The notes below the pieces were generated by a model. That model saw nothing but the letters and a program-made list of their open reading frames with translations, was not told the origin of the DNA and ran no database searches. Made by a program: the position numbers and the translations under genes. A stretch of DNA of 64,000 nt from an uncultured Planctomycetia bacterium (GTDB lineage: Bacteria; Omnitrophota; Gorgyraeia; JABMRN01; RBG-13-46-9): NCBI GenBank assembly GCA_964649665.1, contig CAZYPU010000001.1:16428-80427 (forward strand), in the 5' to 3' direction. Of the stretch, positions 1 through 9,607 are shown one piece after another. Position 1 is the stretch's first letter; the number at the start of each line of letters is the position of its first letter.

Positions 1-3000
1 AGGAACACTGGAAAAGCGCCTAAAGATTCTATTGAGCGGATCAGCGGCAGGATGAACGACGAGAACGAAGATATAGCGTATGAGGCCATCAAAGGCACCG
101 GATGCATTTACGCGGCTATGGTAGAGAGCGGACAACCTGTTCCCATAGGAAGCATAGTGAATAAATTAATGGCAGATAGAGACAAACCGGTAGTTCCCGC
201 CAGATACGCCGCCATAGAGGCGGTTGCCGCTATATGCATAGCCATGATAAATAGAGGGATAGATCCGCCGAGGGCAGCGATATCAGGATTGGAATGGCAA
301 TTTAAAGATTCAAAATTATCCGCTTGCAATAGCAGACGTGAGGCACTATGGGCATTATGTTCGATTTATCGGGTCATGGCAGACCACGATATGGATGTGC
401 CGTTTGAAAAAATTTGCCAGTACGCAGAAAATATCTTCGCATGGGTTAATGGCAAGGAATCGGCGGCATTCAGCGCTCTTTGTGTCACTCTTATTAATAA
501 AGGGATAAACGTCCCGCACTCTATGTTTAGGAATGCCTTAAACGAAGACTGGCTATTTTTTGTTCGGGATATCCTGATGTCCCAAGAACCGGTATATGAG
601 GCTTTGTTTGAGCGCGGTGACGTGCCGTTACACGATCTGGAAGAGAGGTTACGTGACGACCTTTATATAACCCCTGATATTGCAAAACCGGCAACGGCTT
701 TCATGGGATTAGCGTATGCGGCCCTTATCCGCCAGAATAGACTATCGGAACGCGACTGGCAGATATACGAGATGTGGTTAAAGTCGAGGTTTCCCAGGAC
801 ACCATGGATCCTGGAAGAATGCCTCTCGTCACCCGATCCGCTGACATACATAACCGATCTTGCGCGCGAATCCGAACTCCTTCTAAAAAACGGTTTTGAT
901 CCGGACAACGAAAAGGCGCTCTGGCGCGTCTATGTGGGTCTAAGGAGAGCAGGCATAGATATTAACTTTGGAGGCTTAAAAGAAAATGTCGAACACCTCA
1001 TGGCTTTTGACAAAAAACATCCGGGTTATTTCGCGAACATGTTTAATAAGGCAGGGATTTTAAGCCAGATACAGATAAGCGGAAAAGGCGGAGTTATTTT
1101 AGACGCGAGCGGAGTAGATGCGGGTAAGTTGGACAAGAATCTCGCTAAGCTTAAAGGCATGAAAGAGAGAATAGACAGCTTGAGATGGCTGGAAGAGGAC
1201 TTTCCCGGAAACAAGGTATTTAATTTGAAAAATATCTATTACCTTTTAAAACGCAGAGAGGCGGAAGCGTCCGGCGCGCATAAAGGCGGAAGGTTTGTTG
1301 TCACGTACCCGTCCGAAGACGCCATGGGAGAATATATTCTTCAGAATAGCCCTCTTTATTACCGGCTTGTTTTTGAACTTGCGCTCGCGCGCATGGGCGA
1401 CGGGGTATTAGGCAAAAGATGCTTTGCCCTGGCAAGGGATCTTATTGTGAGTGAGGCTCTTTCGGATGAAATTCTGGTTGGACGGATGGGATCGGCGGAT
1501 ACAGACGTAAAAACAGAAGCGTTCAAGAACTTTTACGAGAATTATAAAAACCATCTGCCGGATTCTGCCGGTGTAAGGCTGGCGAAGATAAAAGGCATGC
1601 CCGAGGCATTTGGTGAACTGTCGGGAGAAGTATATTCGGAGATCTCTAAGGTAAAGGTGACTAAAAATAGAAGCGAGGGGGCCTACCGGCTCGTCCCGCA
1701 GGGTTTCTTGAGCGTATTTCGCGGCATAGCCGGAATCAAGGACTGCTCTTACGGGCTGCGCGAGGCCTGTCCGAGGCCTATGCATGAGGACACGCTTTAC
1801 TATTTTGTCTATAAAGGCGAAGAATTAAAGGGGTACATAGGGATGTGCGTCGGTAAGACGCGGCTTGGCAAAAAGATATTGACAATAGATACCGTGCAAT
1901 CTCCTTCGCTTGACGGCGAGGAACTGCTCGCATGCCTATTTTGGGCCCTGGACGCGCAGGCGAAAGAATTAGGCTGCGCAGGCATAGCCCTGCCGAGGGA
2001 CCTTGCCCCGTCATTCAATTTTAGCAATAAGGATACCATATCCAGGATGAAGGCATATAGCCGAGGCCGCCGGATAAGAGTTACGCCGGTTCACAGTGGA
2101 AGCTGGAAAACGATGAATGACTATTTTGGCGAGGACGAATACAATTCAATCGAAGACGGACAATTTGTCTCGTTAAATTTCAAATATTTATCGAAACCGG
2201 AATCACCGCAAGACAGCGTAATCTCAGGCGGCGCGCGTCGAAGGCACAGGCCGGTGTATTTGATGAGTCTGCCCGGCGCGGGCACGCCGGAAGGCACGGG
2301 TGTGCCCGCAGACCCGCAACCTGACAATGCTAACCCGTTTATAAAAGATGGAAAAGAGATCGCTCCTGAGCGGATAAGGCAAGCCGCGACGCTTGCAAAA
2401 GGCATTTTTCCGGATCTACGAAAAGAACAGGAGATATGGATTTTAAAAACAGCGAAAGATGTAAAACAGCTTCGCGCCCAAGGAGCGAAAATAGCCGGAT
2501 CAATAGGTTTCAGCCGGGCGGCCAGGGACCGGTACGCCGGAGCATTAAGAAATAGTTTTGCGTTTAATGTGGCTGGCATTATCTGTTTAATTCCTAGAAA
2601 CGCAGATTCTTCCGGGGGAACGGCCGTTACAGATATGATAATAGCGCACGAGACAGGTGAGACATATCTTTTTCAATTGGGAATTACGCAAGAGATGGCA
2701 GAGCTTGCTTCAGACATTATCAGAAAAGCGAACTTAAGCAAAAAAGATGAGTGGGCAGGGGGTAATTTCGCGTGCGACCTTCTGATAAACAAGATGATTC
2801 TGGATAAAGGGAAAAACCGCTTTGCAGAGCAATATAGGATATTTTTTGACGCAAGAAAAAAACACTACAAAGCCAAGCGGCCGCATTTATTCAAAAGTTA
2901 CAATTTATACCTAAGGGCTCTCGAGATAGTAGCGGATATCGAGGAGGGAACGTTCTCTGAGCCCGATGACTCTCTCGAGGAAAAAGCGCTTCTTGTCGCA

Positions 3001-4992
3001 ATATCGGCAAAACTCGTAGTCGATAGTATACAAAAAAATGGCATGTCGCGTGTAGATGAAATCGCTAAAGCGGTTCGGAAGTTTTCGCCCGGCATGATCG
3101 AAGCGTTCGTAGATGAGATAAAAAGGGCGCCGGCTTCCCCCGCCGCGCCGAAGGACGCGAAGCTCGGCCCGCCATCGGGGCAAGCCACGCCTGTATTGAA
3201 AAGACCGCCCCCGTATGCAGACGAAAGTCAGGCTAAAGAACCATTTTGGAAAAATTCTGCATTAGAAAAAGCATTTGTAGAATTCATGCATAGCCCGCTC
3301 GCGCGCGTTAGCGAGAAAAGGAAGCTAACGCTTGTCAAGGCCATTGAGCAATATGAACTCGCCGCGGTCAAAATAATGAGCCGTGCGAGCCGGATTGAAG
3401 GAATTCCACGTGACATGCTGCCTGAACGCAGACGCGTCACCCATTTCGAAATCATACGGCTTTCCGACGGCAAATTGTTATACCAGATATTTAAGGAACA
3501 ACACATTAAGGTTGTTAAACATTTCGATAACGAAAATTTTGTCGATACGTTTATTGAAGTCGACAGCAGAGGATTGATTGGGCGCCACATTTTTATCCGT
3601 AAGACACGCGAAAACCAATACTACTATTCTCAAGGCTTGAAAATGTTTAAAGGCGCTGAAAGGTATATCCATGTCCAGCATATTGAAGAAGAAGATTACC
3701 AGCGGCATTTTTCTGATCCATATTTATCGGTCAGTCCCGAGTTGAGCAGTGAGCTGAAGCGTTTTAATGCCGCATTGGATGCCATTAATCGTAAACGTTC
3801 CGCCTTGATGGTACATTCGCACTTCCCGCACGCTTGCGGGTTTTCAGCAAAAATTATTCATGAGACTTTACTAAAGAATGGCTTTAAGGGTGCTTTACCG
3901 GAACGGCATAGCGACTCGGAAACGGATACGGTTCAAAACTACGTTTCGGTCGATGTAGCGGGTACGAATTTCATCGTCGATATGAACGCTGAAACATCTG
4001 AATGGCGATTGGTAGATGCAATAAATAATGTATGGGAGATGCGCGATGTTGGCGTGGTTGTTTTGCCACGCTGGTATTTGAAAGCTAATTATTCAAAATA
4101 TCAAAGGACATATTCAAGTAATTCTCTCATTGAAACATTGGCCAGTGTTCAGCATGGTGACATCACTTTGCCTGACGGGACACGCGTCATGGCTAATGAT
4201 AACACCGGCGTGCTGCAAGCCCCCGCCGCGCCGGAGGAGGGTGACATGAAACAACTAATGGAAGCCCGTGACGCGCTAAACGGGCTTTCGAAAAATAGCG
4301 AGTTAAATAGTCCCTTAAGCGAACTAGGCGGCAGGTGCCAGCGGAGGAAGGATATAGCGAAACTCCATTTCTTCGTACCGTGGACGGTCCTTAATAATTC
4401 CGCGGACATTGCGCTTACACTTGATGGATTAGGCGGGATGCAAGGCGGTATCCCGTTTGAGTTAATTGTGACAGGCGTTCCTAAGGAAGACGTCGCGATA
4501 GTGAACGGCCTGAATAGAGAGGATGTAAAACAGGCGCTTAATATTCCGAAAAACGTAACCGTGAAAATAATAGAAGAAAGCGATATTCGTAAAAGGGCCG
4601 AATTCTTAGGGATAGACGCGCCCGATCCTGAAACGAAGACAGGCATAGTTAAGACCCTGTATTTAGAGATGCTCGAAAAACAGTCGCTTCCCTCCGGTGA
4701 ATTCATGGCCATAGCGACGGAGGCGGTTAGTAAAGAGGCCGCGGAGGGGCTGGAGAACCGGCTCAAATCCAAGCTTGCGGAAAACATTTCCATACGCGTG
4801 CTCGTAAAACCCGAAAAGGGGAGAAGCGTCTTTTCACTTTCCGCCATAATCAATGATTGGTTAAAGGATATCCAGGACGGCAATAAATCCACTATCGCTA
4901 TGGTTTTCCCCACCTTTATTTCCCCCGACGTGATGATCGAGAAGCTTGACGAGGCCGTAAGGAAACTTTGGCGGATTCTGGCGAACGCGTAG
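1..4992 (+). CDS. C-terminal part (>1660 aa) of a giant modular protein; 5' end lies outside the window
   Basis: Frame is open from base 1 (AGG AAC ACT...), so ATG 52 is probably internal. N-terminal part has HEAT-like helical repeats (e.g. AAIEAVAAICIAMINRGIDPP, REALWALCSIYRVMADHDMDVP); also a GNAT-like stretch, an HETGE motif, a transglutaminase-like C...IVD segment and Pro-rich linkers. Ends KLWRILANA like the other giants. Confidence 0.85.
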   Translation, partial: RNTGKAPKDSIERISGRMNDENEDIAYEAIKGTGCIYAAMVESGQPVPIGSIVNKLMADRDKPVVPARYAAIEAVAAICIAMINRGIDPPRAAISGLEWQFKDSKLSACNSRREALWALCSIYRVMADHDMDVPFEKICQYAENIFAWVNGKESAAFSALCVTLINKGINVPHSMFRNALNEDWLFFVRDILMSQEPVYEALFERGDVPLHDLEERLRDDLYITPDIAKPATAFMGLAYAALIRQNRLSERDWQIYEMWLKSRFPRTPWILEECLSSPDPLTYITDLARESELLLKNGFDPDNEKALWRVYVGLRRAGIDINFGGLKENVEHLMAFDKKHPGYFANMFNKAGILSQIQISGKGGVILDASGVDAGKLDKNLAKLKGMKERIDSLRWLEEDFPGNKVFNLKNIYYLLKRREAEASGAHKGGRFVVTYPSEDAMGEYILQNSPLYYRLVFELALARMGDGVLGKRCFALARDLIVSEALSDEILVGRMGSADTDVKTEAFKNFYENYKNHLPDSAGVRLAKIKGMPEAFGELSGEVYSEISKVKVTKNRSEGAYRLVPQGFLSVFRGIAGIKDCSYGLREACPRPMHEDTLYYFVYKGEELKGYIGMCVGKTRLGKKILTIDTVQSPSLDGEELLACLFWALDAQAKELGCAGIALPRDLAPSFNFSNKDTISRMKAYSRGRRIRVTPVHSGSWKTMNDYFGEDEYNSIEDGQFVSLNFKYLSKPESPQDSVISGGARRRHRPVYLMSLPGAGTPEGTGVPADPQPDNANPFIKDGKEIAPERIRQAATLAKGIFPDLRKEQEIWILKTAKDVKQLRAQGAKIAGSIGFSRAARDRYAGALRNSFAFNVAGIICLIPRNADSSGGTAVTDMIIAHETGETYLFQLGITQEMAELASDIIRKANLSKKDEWAGGNFACDLLINKMILDKGKNRFAEQYRIFFDARKKHYKAKRPHLFKSYNLYLRALEIVADIEEGTFSEPDDSLEEKALLVAISAKLVVDSIQKNGMSRVDEIAKAVRKFSPGMIEAFVDEIKRAPASPAAPKDAKLGPPSGQATPVLKRPPPYADESQAKEPFWKNSALEKAFVEFMHSPLARVSEKRKLTLVKAIEQYELAAVKIMSRASRIEGIPRDMLPERRRVTHFEIIRLSDGKLLYQIFKEQHIKVVKHFDNENFVDTFIEVDSRGLIGRHIFIRKTRENQYYYSQGLKMFKGAERYIHVQHIEEEDYQRHFSDPYLSVSPELSSELKRFNAALDAINRKRSALMVHSHFPHACGFSAKIIHETLLKNGFKGALPERHSDSETDTVQNYVSVDVAGTNFIVDMNAETSEWRLVDAINNVWEMRDVGVVVLPRWYLKANYSKYQRTYSSNSLIETLASVQHGDITLPDGTRVMANDNTGVLQAPAAPEEGDMKQLMEARDALNGLSKNSELNSPLSELGGRCQRRKDIAKLHFFVPWTVLNNSADIALTLDGLGGMQGGIPFELIVTGVPKEDVAIVNGLNREDVKQALNIPKNVTVKIIEESDIRKRAEFLGIDAPDPETKTGIVKTLYLEMLEKQSLPSGEFMAIATEAVSKEAAEGLENRLKSKLAENISIRVLVKPEKGRSVFSLSAIINDWLKDIQDGNKSTIAMVFPTFISPDVMIEKLDEAVRKLWRILANA

Positions 4993-4999
4993 GATTCTT

Positions 5000-5207
5000 G
5001 ATAATGTAAAATATTGTGGACACTTTGTTTCTCCGTCATTGCGAGGACCCCGAGCAAGCGGCCGAAGGCCGCGCGTCGAGGGGGACGAAGCAATCTCAAA
5101 CGAAGAGATTGCTTCGGTCTGCTTCGCAGACCTCGCAATGACGGAATAAAGGCTTCGCGGCCTCGCAATGACGAAGAAGCGAAATGTCCAATTATCTTGA
5201 TATTACA
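5000..5207. mobile_element. IS256-like MITE copy 1 carrying a GTCATTGCGAG...CTCGCAATGAC palindromic element
   Basis: Left end GATAATGTAAAATATTGTGGACACTTT and right end ...CCAATTATCTTGATATTACA match the copy at 62381-62540. Flanks ggattctt / gggctttt (5/8) may be a decayed target duplication. Confidence 0.7.
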
Positions 5208-5223
5208 GGGCTTTTTTTCCGGC

Positions 5224-5252
5224 TTGATATTCCGTATCTTTGCAGGTATACT
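5224..5252 (+). promoter_or_regulatory. sigma70 promoter for the MFS gene, probably leaderless
   Basis: TTGATA (5224-5229) -17 bp- TATACT (5247-5252); ATG 5261 follows 8 nt later with no SD. Confidence 0.65.
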
Positions 5253-5260
5253 CTACACAT

Positions 5261-6448
5261 ATGGGTGTACGCACTTTTTGCCTTCTGATGATGGCCGCGT
5301 TTTCCGCGTCGCTGGGCCTGGCGGTAATATCACCTTTCCTGCCGGAGCTTGCCCAAAACCACGGCGCCAACGGTTTCTGGATAGGCATGATATTCGCCGG
5401 TTTCGCGGTGTCTCGCGGTATTGTCACGCCTTTCATAGGAAAAATATCCGACAGGGTAGGGCGTAAAATATTTGTCGTCACCGGGCTTTTGCTCTATTCT
5501 CTCGCCTCTCTTCTTTATATCAAAGCCGATAATGTTTACCTTTTGACGCTGGTCCGGATTATCCACGGGCTCTCAGCCGGCATGATATTGCCTATCGTAA
5601 TGGCGTATGTCGGAGAGCTTGCCAGGCAGGGCAGGGAAGGCCTTACGGTAGGGGGATTGAATACGGTGCTATACCTGGGAGTGGCCGCGGGCCCGCTCCT
5701 CGGCGGAGAACTTGCCGAGCGTTACGGCTTCGACGCCGTTTTCTACGCCATGGCCCTTCTCGGGGCCACGACGCTTATTTTTGTAATATTCCTACTTCCC
5801 GAAGCGAAAGGCACGACCCCACAAAAAGCGCCCGGTATCGCGCCGTTTAATATATTGCTGAAATATAATTACGTAAAAGCTATTTTGATAATGGCGCTCA
5901 TTTCGACGGCGCTTTCAGCCGTCTTCATGTCATTTCTTCCGTCCATGGCCATAAGGGATTTTGTGGACGTCGCGCACACAGGCTTTATCATATCCGTATC
6001 TATATTTATCGCGGGGCTCCTGCAGATCCCGTTCGGCAAGTTCGCCGAACATCATGGCCGCCCGGGTAAACTTCTGCAGTCGAGCATGGGAATTTCCGTT
6101 TCCATGCTGGCCATATTTGTTCTGCCGCTTTGCCCGAGTTACTGGGCCCTTTTCGCGGCGGGATGTTTTATGGGGCTCGGTATTGCCATATGCGTGCCCG
6201 CTGTGACGAGCCTTTCCATGGAGATAGGCAGAAAAGTCGGCATGGGAATGTGGATGGGCGTATTCTGGGCAGTAATGAGCGCGGGGATTGTCGCCGCGCC
6301 GATAACGGCGGGCATCATAATGGACCGCCTCGGGATTGATTCCGTGTTTTATTCTTTCGCTATCTTTACCTTTTTCAGCGTACTTCTTTGTCTGTATTAC
6401 ATATTTCGAAAGACAACCGCAGAAAAGCGCCTAAAGTATTTAAAATGA
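5261..6448 (+). CDS. MFS transporter (DHA1-like)
   Basis: About 12 hydrophobic segments; motif A GKISDRVGRK; RIIHGLSAG; GPLLGG. Start moved to ATG 5261. Confidence 0.9.
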   Translation: MGVRTFCLLMMAAFSASLGLAVISPFLPELAQNHGANGFWIGMIFAGFAVSRGIVTPFIGKISDRVGRKIFVVTGLLLYSLASLLYIKADNVYLLTLVRIIHGLSAGMILPIVMAYVGELARQGREGLTVGGLNTVLYLGVAAGPLLGGELAERYGFDAVFYAMALLGATTLIFVIFLLPEAKGTTPQKAPGIAPFNILLKYNYVKAILIMALISTALSAVFMSFLPSMAIRDFVDVAHTGFIISVSIFIAGLLQIPFGKFAEHHGRPGKLLQSSMGISVSMLAIFVLPLCPSYWALFAAGCFMGLGIAICVPAVTSLSMEIGRKVGMGMWMGVFWAVMSAGIVAAPITAGIIMDRLGIDSVFYSFAIFTFFSVLLCLYYIFRKTTAEKRLKYLK

Positions 6449-7707
6449 ACAAAAAAATCCCATTTTTACTTATATTTATGGTCGGCTGTTTCATTACCGG
6501 CAACATGATAGGCGCCGGAATACTGGGCCTACCCATAAAAACCGGCGTGGCAGGCTTTTGGCCGTCTATGGTAGGGCTTCTTGCGCTCAGCGCGGCGCTT
6601 TTTTTCACGGCGATCGTGCTCGCAAAAGAATCAATAAAGCGCCGCCAGGAGATTTTTCACTATCCCAGCCTATACCAGGAGTATTTCGGCCACGCGGGAA
6701 AATGGGTTGCCACCCTGGCGAATCTCACCATACTCTACGGCCTTCTTACCGTGTACCTTACCGGTTCGGCGACGGTTATCGCGAGGCTTCTAAACATTCC
6801 CGTTCCGAGATTCGTGATTCTACTGGTGTTTTTCGCGATCTTTACAGGTATCACGTTCCTCAAGCCGAAGCTGCTTTTTAAGCTTAGCACTTTGTTCGTA
6901 GTGCTTTTGTGGATTTCGTTTGGCATTCTTGTAGTCATGGGGGAGAGATACGTGGACGCCTCGCGTTTTGCCTACCAGGACTGGAAAATGCTGCCGGCCG
7001 CGCTCCCGATCATAGTAATAGCGGCAAACTTCCACAACATCATACCTACTATATGCAAGAAGCTCAACTGGAATCTCAGGGATATATTGCTGGCTTTTCT
7101 TTTCGGCGCTGTTGTGGGATTTGTGATGAACGCGATATGGATCCAGATAGGCATAGGGGTGCTGCCGCTTAAAGGAGCCGGAGGTATTTTACACGCCCTT
7201 CAAAAAAGCCTCCCGGCGACCGTGCCCCTCGCAAATGCGATAAAAACGCCGCTTTTTATCCAGGCGGCGCTCATGTTCACCCTTACGGCCATTATAACCT
7301 CGTATATCTCGATAGGCCGCACCCAGATTGATTTTATCGATGATGTCATTACGAATTATACCAGAATGCCGAGAAGCGCGGCTCTCAACTTTGCGCTGGC
7401 CTTCGCTCCGCCGCTCATTATATCGCTTGTGTACCCGGATATCTTTCTTGACGCTCTCGATTTTGTCGGAGGAATAGGGAAGGTCATACTCTTTGGTATT
7501 TTCCCCTGCATACTTGCCATAAGAAGCATGCGGTCATTGGCAAAGCGCCTGTTGATTGCGGTACCGGCGCTTCTTCTCTTCTGCGTTATCCTGATATTTA
7601 AAGTCGGACAGGGATTAGGTTTGTCACATATCAAGCGGGGAGTGAACTACTGGACGAATAATTTCAGGCCCCACAACTACAAACCTCAAGACGAATTTCG
7701 AAAGTAG
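6445..7707 (+). CDS. aromatic amino acid permease (HAAAP, TyrP/Mtr-like)
   Basis: GNMIGAGILGLP N-terminal motif, FHNIIP, about 11 TM segments; ATGA overlap with the MFS stop. Confidence 0.85.
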   Translation: MNKKIPFLLIFMVGCFITGNMIGAGILGLPIKTGVAGFWPSMVGLLALSAALFFTAIVLAKESIKRRQEIFHYPSLYQEYFGHAGKWVATLANLTILYGLLTVYLTGSATVIARLLNIPVPRFVILLVFFAIFTGITFLKPKLLFKLSTLFVVLLWISFGILVVMGERYVDASRFAYQDWKMLPAALPIIVIAANFHNIIPTICKKLNWNLRDILLAFLFGAVVGFVMNAIWIQIGIGVLPLKGAGGILHALQKSLPATVPLANAIKTPLFIQAALMFTLTAIITSYISIGRTQIDFIDDVITNYTRMPRSAALNFALAFAPPLIISLVYPDIFLDALDFVGGIGKVILFGIFPCILAIRSMRSLAKRLLIAVPALLLFCVILIFKVGQGLGLSHIKRGVNYWTNNFRPHNYKPQDEFRK

Positions 7708-7763
7708 GAAAAAGGTGCCAGGCACCTTAGTTGAATTTATTTAAGGTGCCTGGCACCTTTTTC
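7708..7763. repeat. inverted pair of palindromic AAGGTGCC(A/T)GGCACCTT units (REP-like, possible terminator)
   Basis: 22-bp perfect inverted repeat 7708-7729 / 7742-7763; each arm is itself palindromic. Confidence 0.8.
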
Positions 7764-7767
7764 TATT

Positions 7768-7968
7768 TTGCGAGGTCTGCGAAGCCTTTACTCCGTCATT
7801 GCGAGGTCTGCGAAGCCTTTACTCCGTCATTGCGAGGTCTGCGAAGCAGACCGAAGCAATCTCTTCGTTTGAGATTGCTTCGTCCCCCTCGACGCGCGGC
7901 CTTCGGCCGTTTACTCGGGGTCCTCGCAATGACGGAGAAGCAAAGTACCTAATTATCTTGACATTACT
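7768..7968. mobile_element. partial IS256-like MITE copy (left end missing) with a 31-bp tandem duplication
   Basis: Right end ...AATTATCTTGACATTACT matches the other copies; unit TTGCGAGGTCTGCGAAGCCTTTACTCCGTCA at 7768 and 7799, partial at 7830; inner palindrome is the reverse complement of that in copy 1. Confidence 0.7.
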
Positions 7969-8098
7969 GGGCTTTTTTTGCGGCTTGATATTTCGTATCT
8001 TTGCAGGTATACTTTACACATATGGGCGTACGTACTTTCTGCCTTCTGATGATGGCCGCGTTTTTCGCGTCGCTGGGCCTGGCGGTAATATCACCTTT
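7922..8098 (+). repeat. direct repeat of 5161-5337 (MITE end + promoter + first 26 codons of the MFS gene)
   Basis: Near-identical 177-bp sequence at offset 2761. Confidence 0.9.
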
Positions 8099-8147
8099 TT
8101 CCCACAATATTGTCCCGCGCGGGCCGACAACGTTTTCGAATATATAA
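8022..8147 (+). pseudogene. 41-codon chimeric mini-ORF: MFS 5' fragment plus unrelated tail
   Basis: MGVRTFCLLMMAAFFASLGLAVISPF matches the MFS start, then SHNIVPRGPTTFSNI*; its TAA overlaps the SD (TAAGGAG) of the gene at 8157. Confidence 0.6.
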
Positions 8148-8156
8148 GGAGATGTT

Positions 8157-8426
8157 ATGAAAAAACTGGTAGTGTTAATTTTGGGATTTTGTCTTTTGTC
8201 CGGTTTTGCATACGGTATGTACGATGAGGGTACCGAACCTTCCGAGAGGGACTCGCAATATGCGCGGGATAAGGAAGATCCGGAAGATGTGACCCTGCCT
8301 GAAATGCAGACAGAGATGCCGGAAGCCATGCAGGATATAAGCGAAGAGCAGGAGGGTGATCCCCAGGAAGAATATGTCGAAGATAATGTAGGTGAAGACG
8401 AACGCGAAGCTCTTAATCTTGATTAA
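8157..8426 (+). CDS. small secreted acidic hypothetical protein
   Basis: SD AAGGAG; signal peptide MKKLVVLILGFCLLSGFAYG; very D/E-rich remainder. Confidence 0.7.
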   Translation: MKKLVVLILGFCLLSGFAYGMYDEGTEPSERDSQYARDKEDPEDVTLPEMQTEMPEAMQDISEEQEGDPQEEYVEDNVGEDEREALNLD

Positions 8427-8462
8427 TCAAAGGCGCCGTATAGCCATGGGGGTAATTTAAAT

Positions 8463-9134
8463 ATGAAATTTATAAAACTTCTTTCAGTTTTAACAATTTT
8501 AATCGTAATGCCGCAGTTTGCTAAGGCCCAAGACGTCAAACCCCTGCAGCTTGCGGTTTTTAATCCCGTTCAGCTTGTTCCCGAGGAGGACTCCATTAAG
8601 GGCGCGCGCCTCGGCCTGTTTTACACCGTTAATGAAGATGTCACCGGATTGAGCCTTGTATGGGTCGGTGTGAATAGAGCTACGGGGGACGTGCGGGGAG
8701 TTGAGATCGGCCTTGGAAACTGGGTTGATGGTTCTTCGTATGGAGGGCAACTCGGCGTTCTCAACAATGTCGGGGAGCGTTTTGTCGGTTTGCAATACGG
8801 CGCGGTGAATGTCGCGGGAGGCGATTTCACCGGCCTGCAGTGGAGTTTCGTGAACTGGACGGAAGGATTCATGCATGGCGCACAGTGCGGCCTTGTGAAT
8901 ATTTCGAAGGGACAGTCAGTCGGCGTAAATTTAGGCATAGTGAATTATAACGTAGGGTCGTTCAAAGGTTTCCAGGGCGGATTTGTCAATTACGCCGATG
9001 AAATGCGCGGATTTCAACTGGGACTGGTTAACTATACCGAATCTCTTGACGGCGGCCTCCAAATAGGCCTCGCTAACTACAACGGCAATAAGGAACCCCT
9101 GGAGTTTATGGTTCTTGTCAATTGGTCGTTCTAA
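8463..9134 (+). CDS. secreted Gly-rich surface repeat protein (LA_2272-like, GxQxGxVN repeats)
   Basis: Signal peptide ending AKA; repeated GLQYGAVN, GAQCGLVN, GFQGGFVN, GFQLGLVN; C-terminal VNWSF. Confidence 0.75.
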   Translation: MKFIKLLSVLTILIVMPQFAKAQDVKPLQLAVFNPVQLVPEEDSIKGARLGLFYTVNEDVTGLSLVWVGVNRATGDVRGVEIGLGNWVDGSSYGGQLGVLNNVGERFVGLQYGAVNVAGGDFTGLQWSFVNWTEGFMHGAQCGLVNISKGQSVGVNLGIVNYNVGSFKGFQGGFVNYADEMRGFQLGLVNYTESLDGGLQIGLANYNGNKEPLEFMVLVNWSF

Positions 9135-9183
9135 TTGTTAAACAAAACCCTGCCCCGATGTTAAAATAGGGAGAAAGGCATAT

Positions 9184-9378
9184 ATGAACTGGAAGGTTGC
9201 ATTAATATTGATATTACTGCTTATCGTAGTGATATTTACGGCCCAGAACTATGAAATAGTTGAAATTAAATTTCTATTCTGGACCTTTGCGGCAAGCAGG
9301 GCCATCGTATTGTTTTTGACTTTGTGCATTGGAATTGCCGTAGGCTGGATAATCTCCTTTGTTATGCGCAAGGAATAG
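9184..9378 (+). CDS. LapA-domain small membrane protein
   Basis: Two TM helices with FTAQN...VEIKFLFW motif. Confidence 0.75.
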   Translation: MNWKVALILILLLIVVIFTAQNYEIVEIKFLFWTFAASRAIVLFLTLCIGIAVGWIISFVMRKE

Positions 9379-9380
9379 AC

Positions 9381-9602
9381 GTGGATAAGATCATCCGGGT
9401 AAGGGCAATCCCGAAATCCCGGAAAAACAAAGTGGAGAAATTCGGCGAAGGTTATAAGGTCCGCCTTACCGCCCCGCCCGTAGAGGGAAAGGCGAACAGG
9501 GCCCTCATAGAGGCGCTGGCAAACCATTTTAATCTAAAGAAATCACAGGTAAGGATTGCAAAAGGCGGCAAATCGAAAGACAAGCTCGTAAGACTTGGAT
9601 AA
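9381..9602 (+). CDS. DUF167 / UPF0235 (YggU-like) protein
   Basis: VRLTAPPVEGKANRALI...GGKSKDK motif; GTG start at 9381. Confidence 0.85.
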   Translation: MDKIIRVRAIPKSRKNKVEKFGEGYKVRLTAPPVEGKANRALIEALANHFNLKKSQVRIAKGGKSKDKLVRLG

Positions 9603-9607
9603 TTACC

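Noticed and set aside
52-54. ATG 52 as the start of the first ORF
   Set aside because: The frame is open to base 1 and the family N-terminal motif is absent; the gene most likely starts upstream.
4149-5466. ORFs 4149-5168 (-) and 5014-5466 (+), and similarly 7731-7952 and 7799-8227
   Set aside because: They read through palindromic repeats or lie antisense/out of frame to real genes; their mutual similarity comes from repeat DNA.
7768-7847. 31-bp direct repeats as a CRISPR array
   Set aside because: Units are contiguous with no spacers, belong to a REP-like element, and no cas genes are present.
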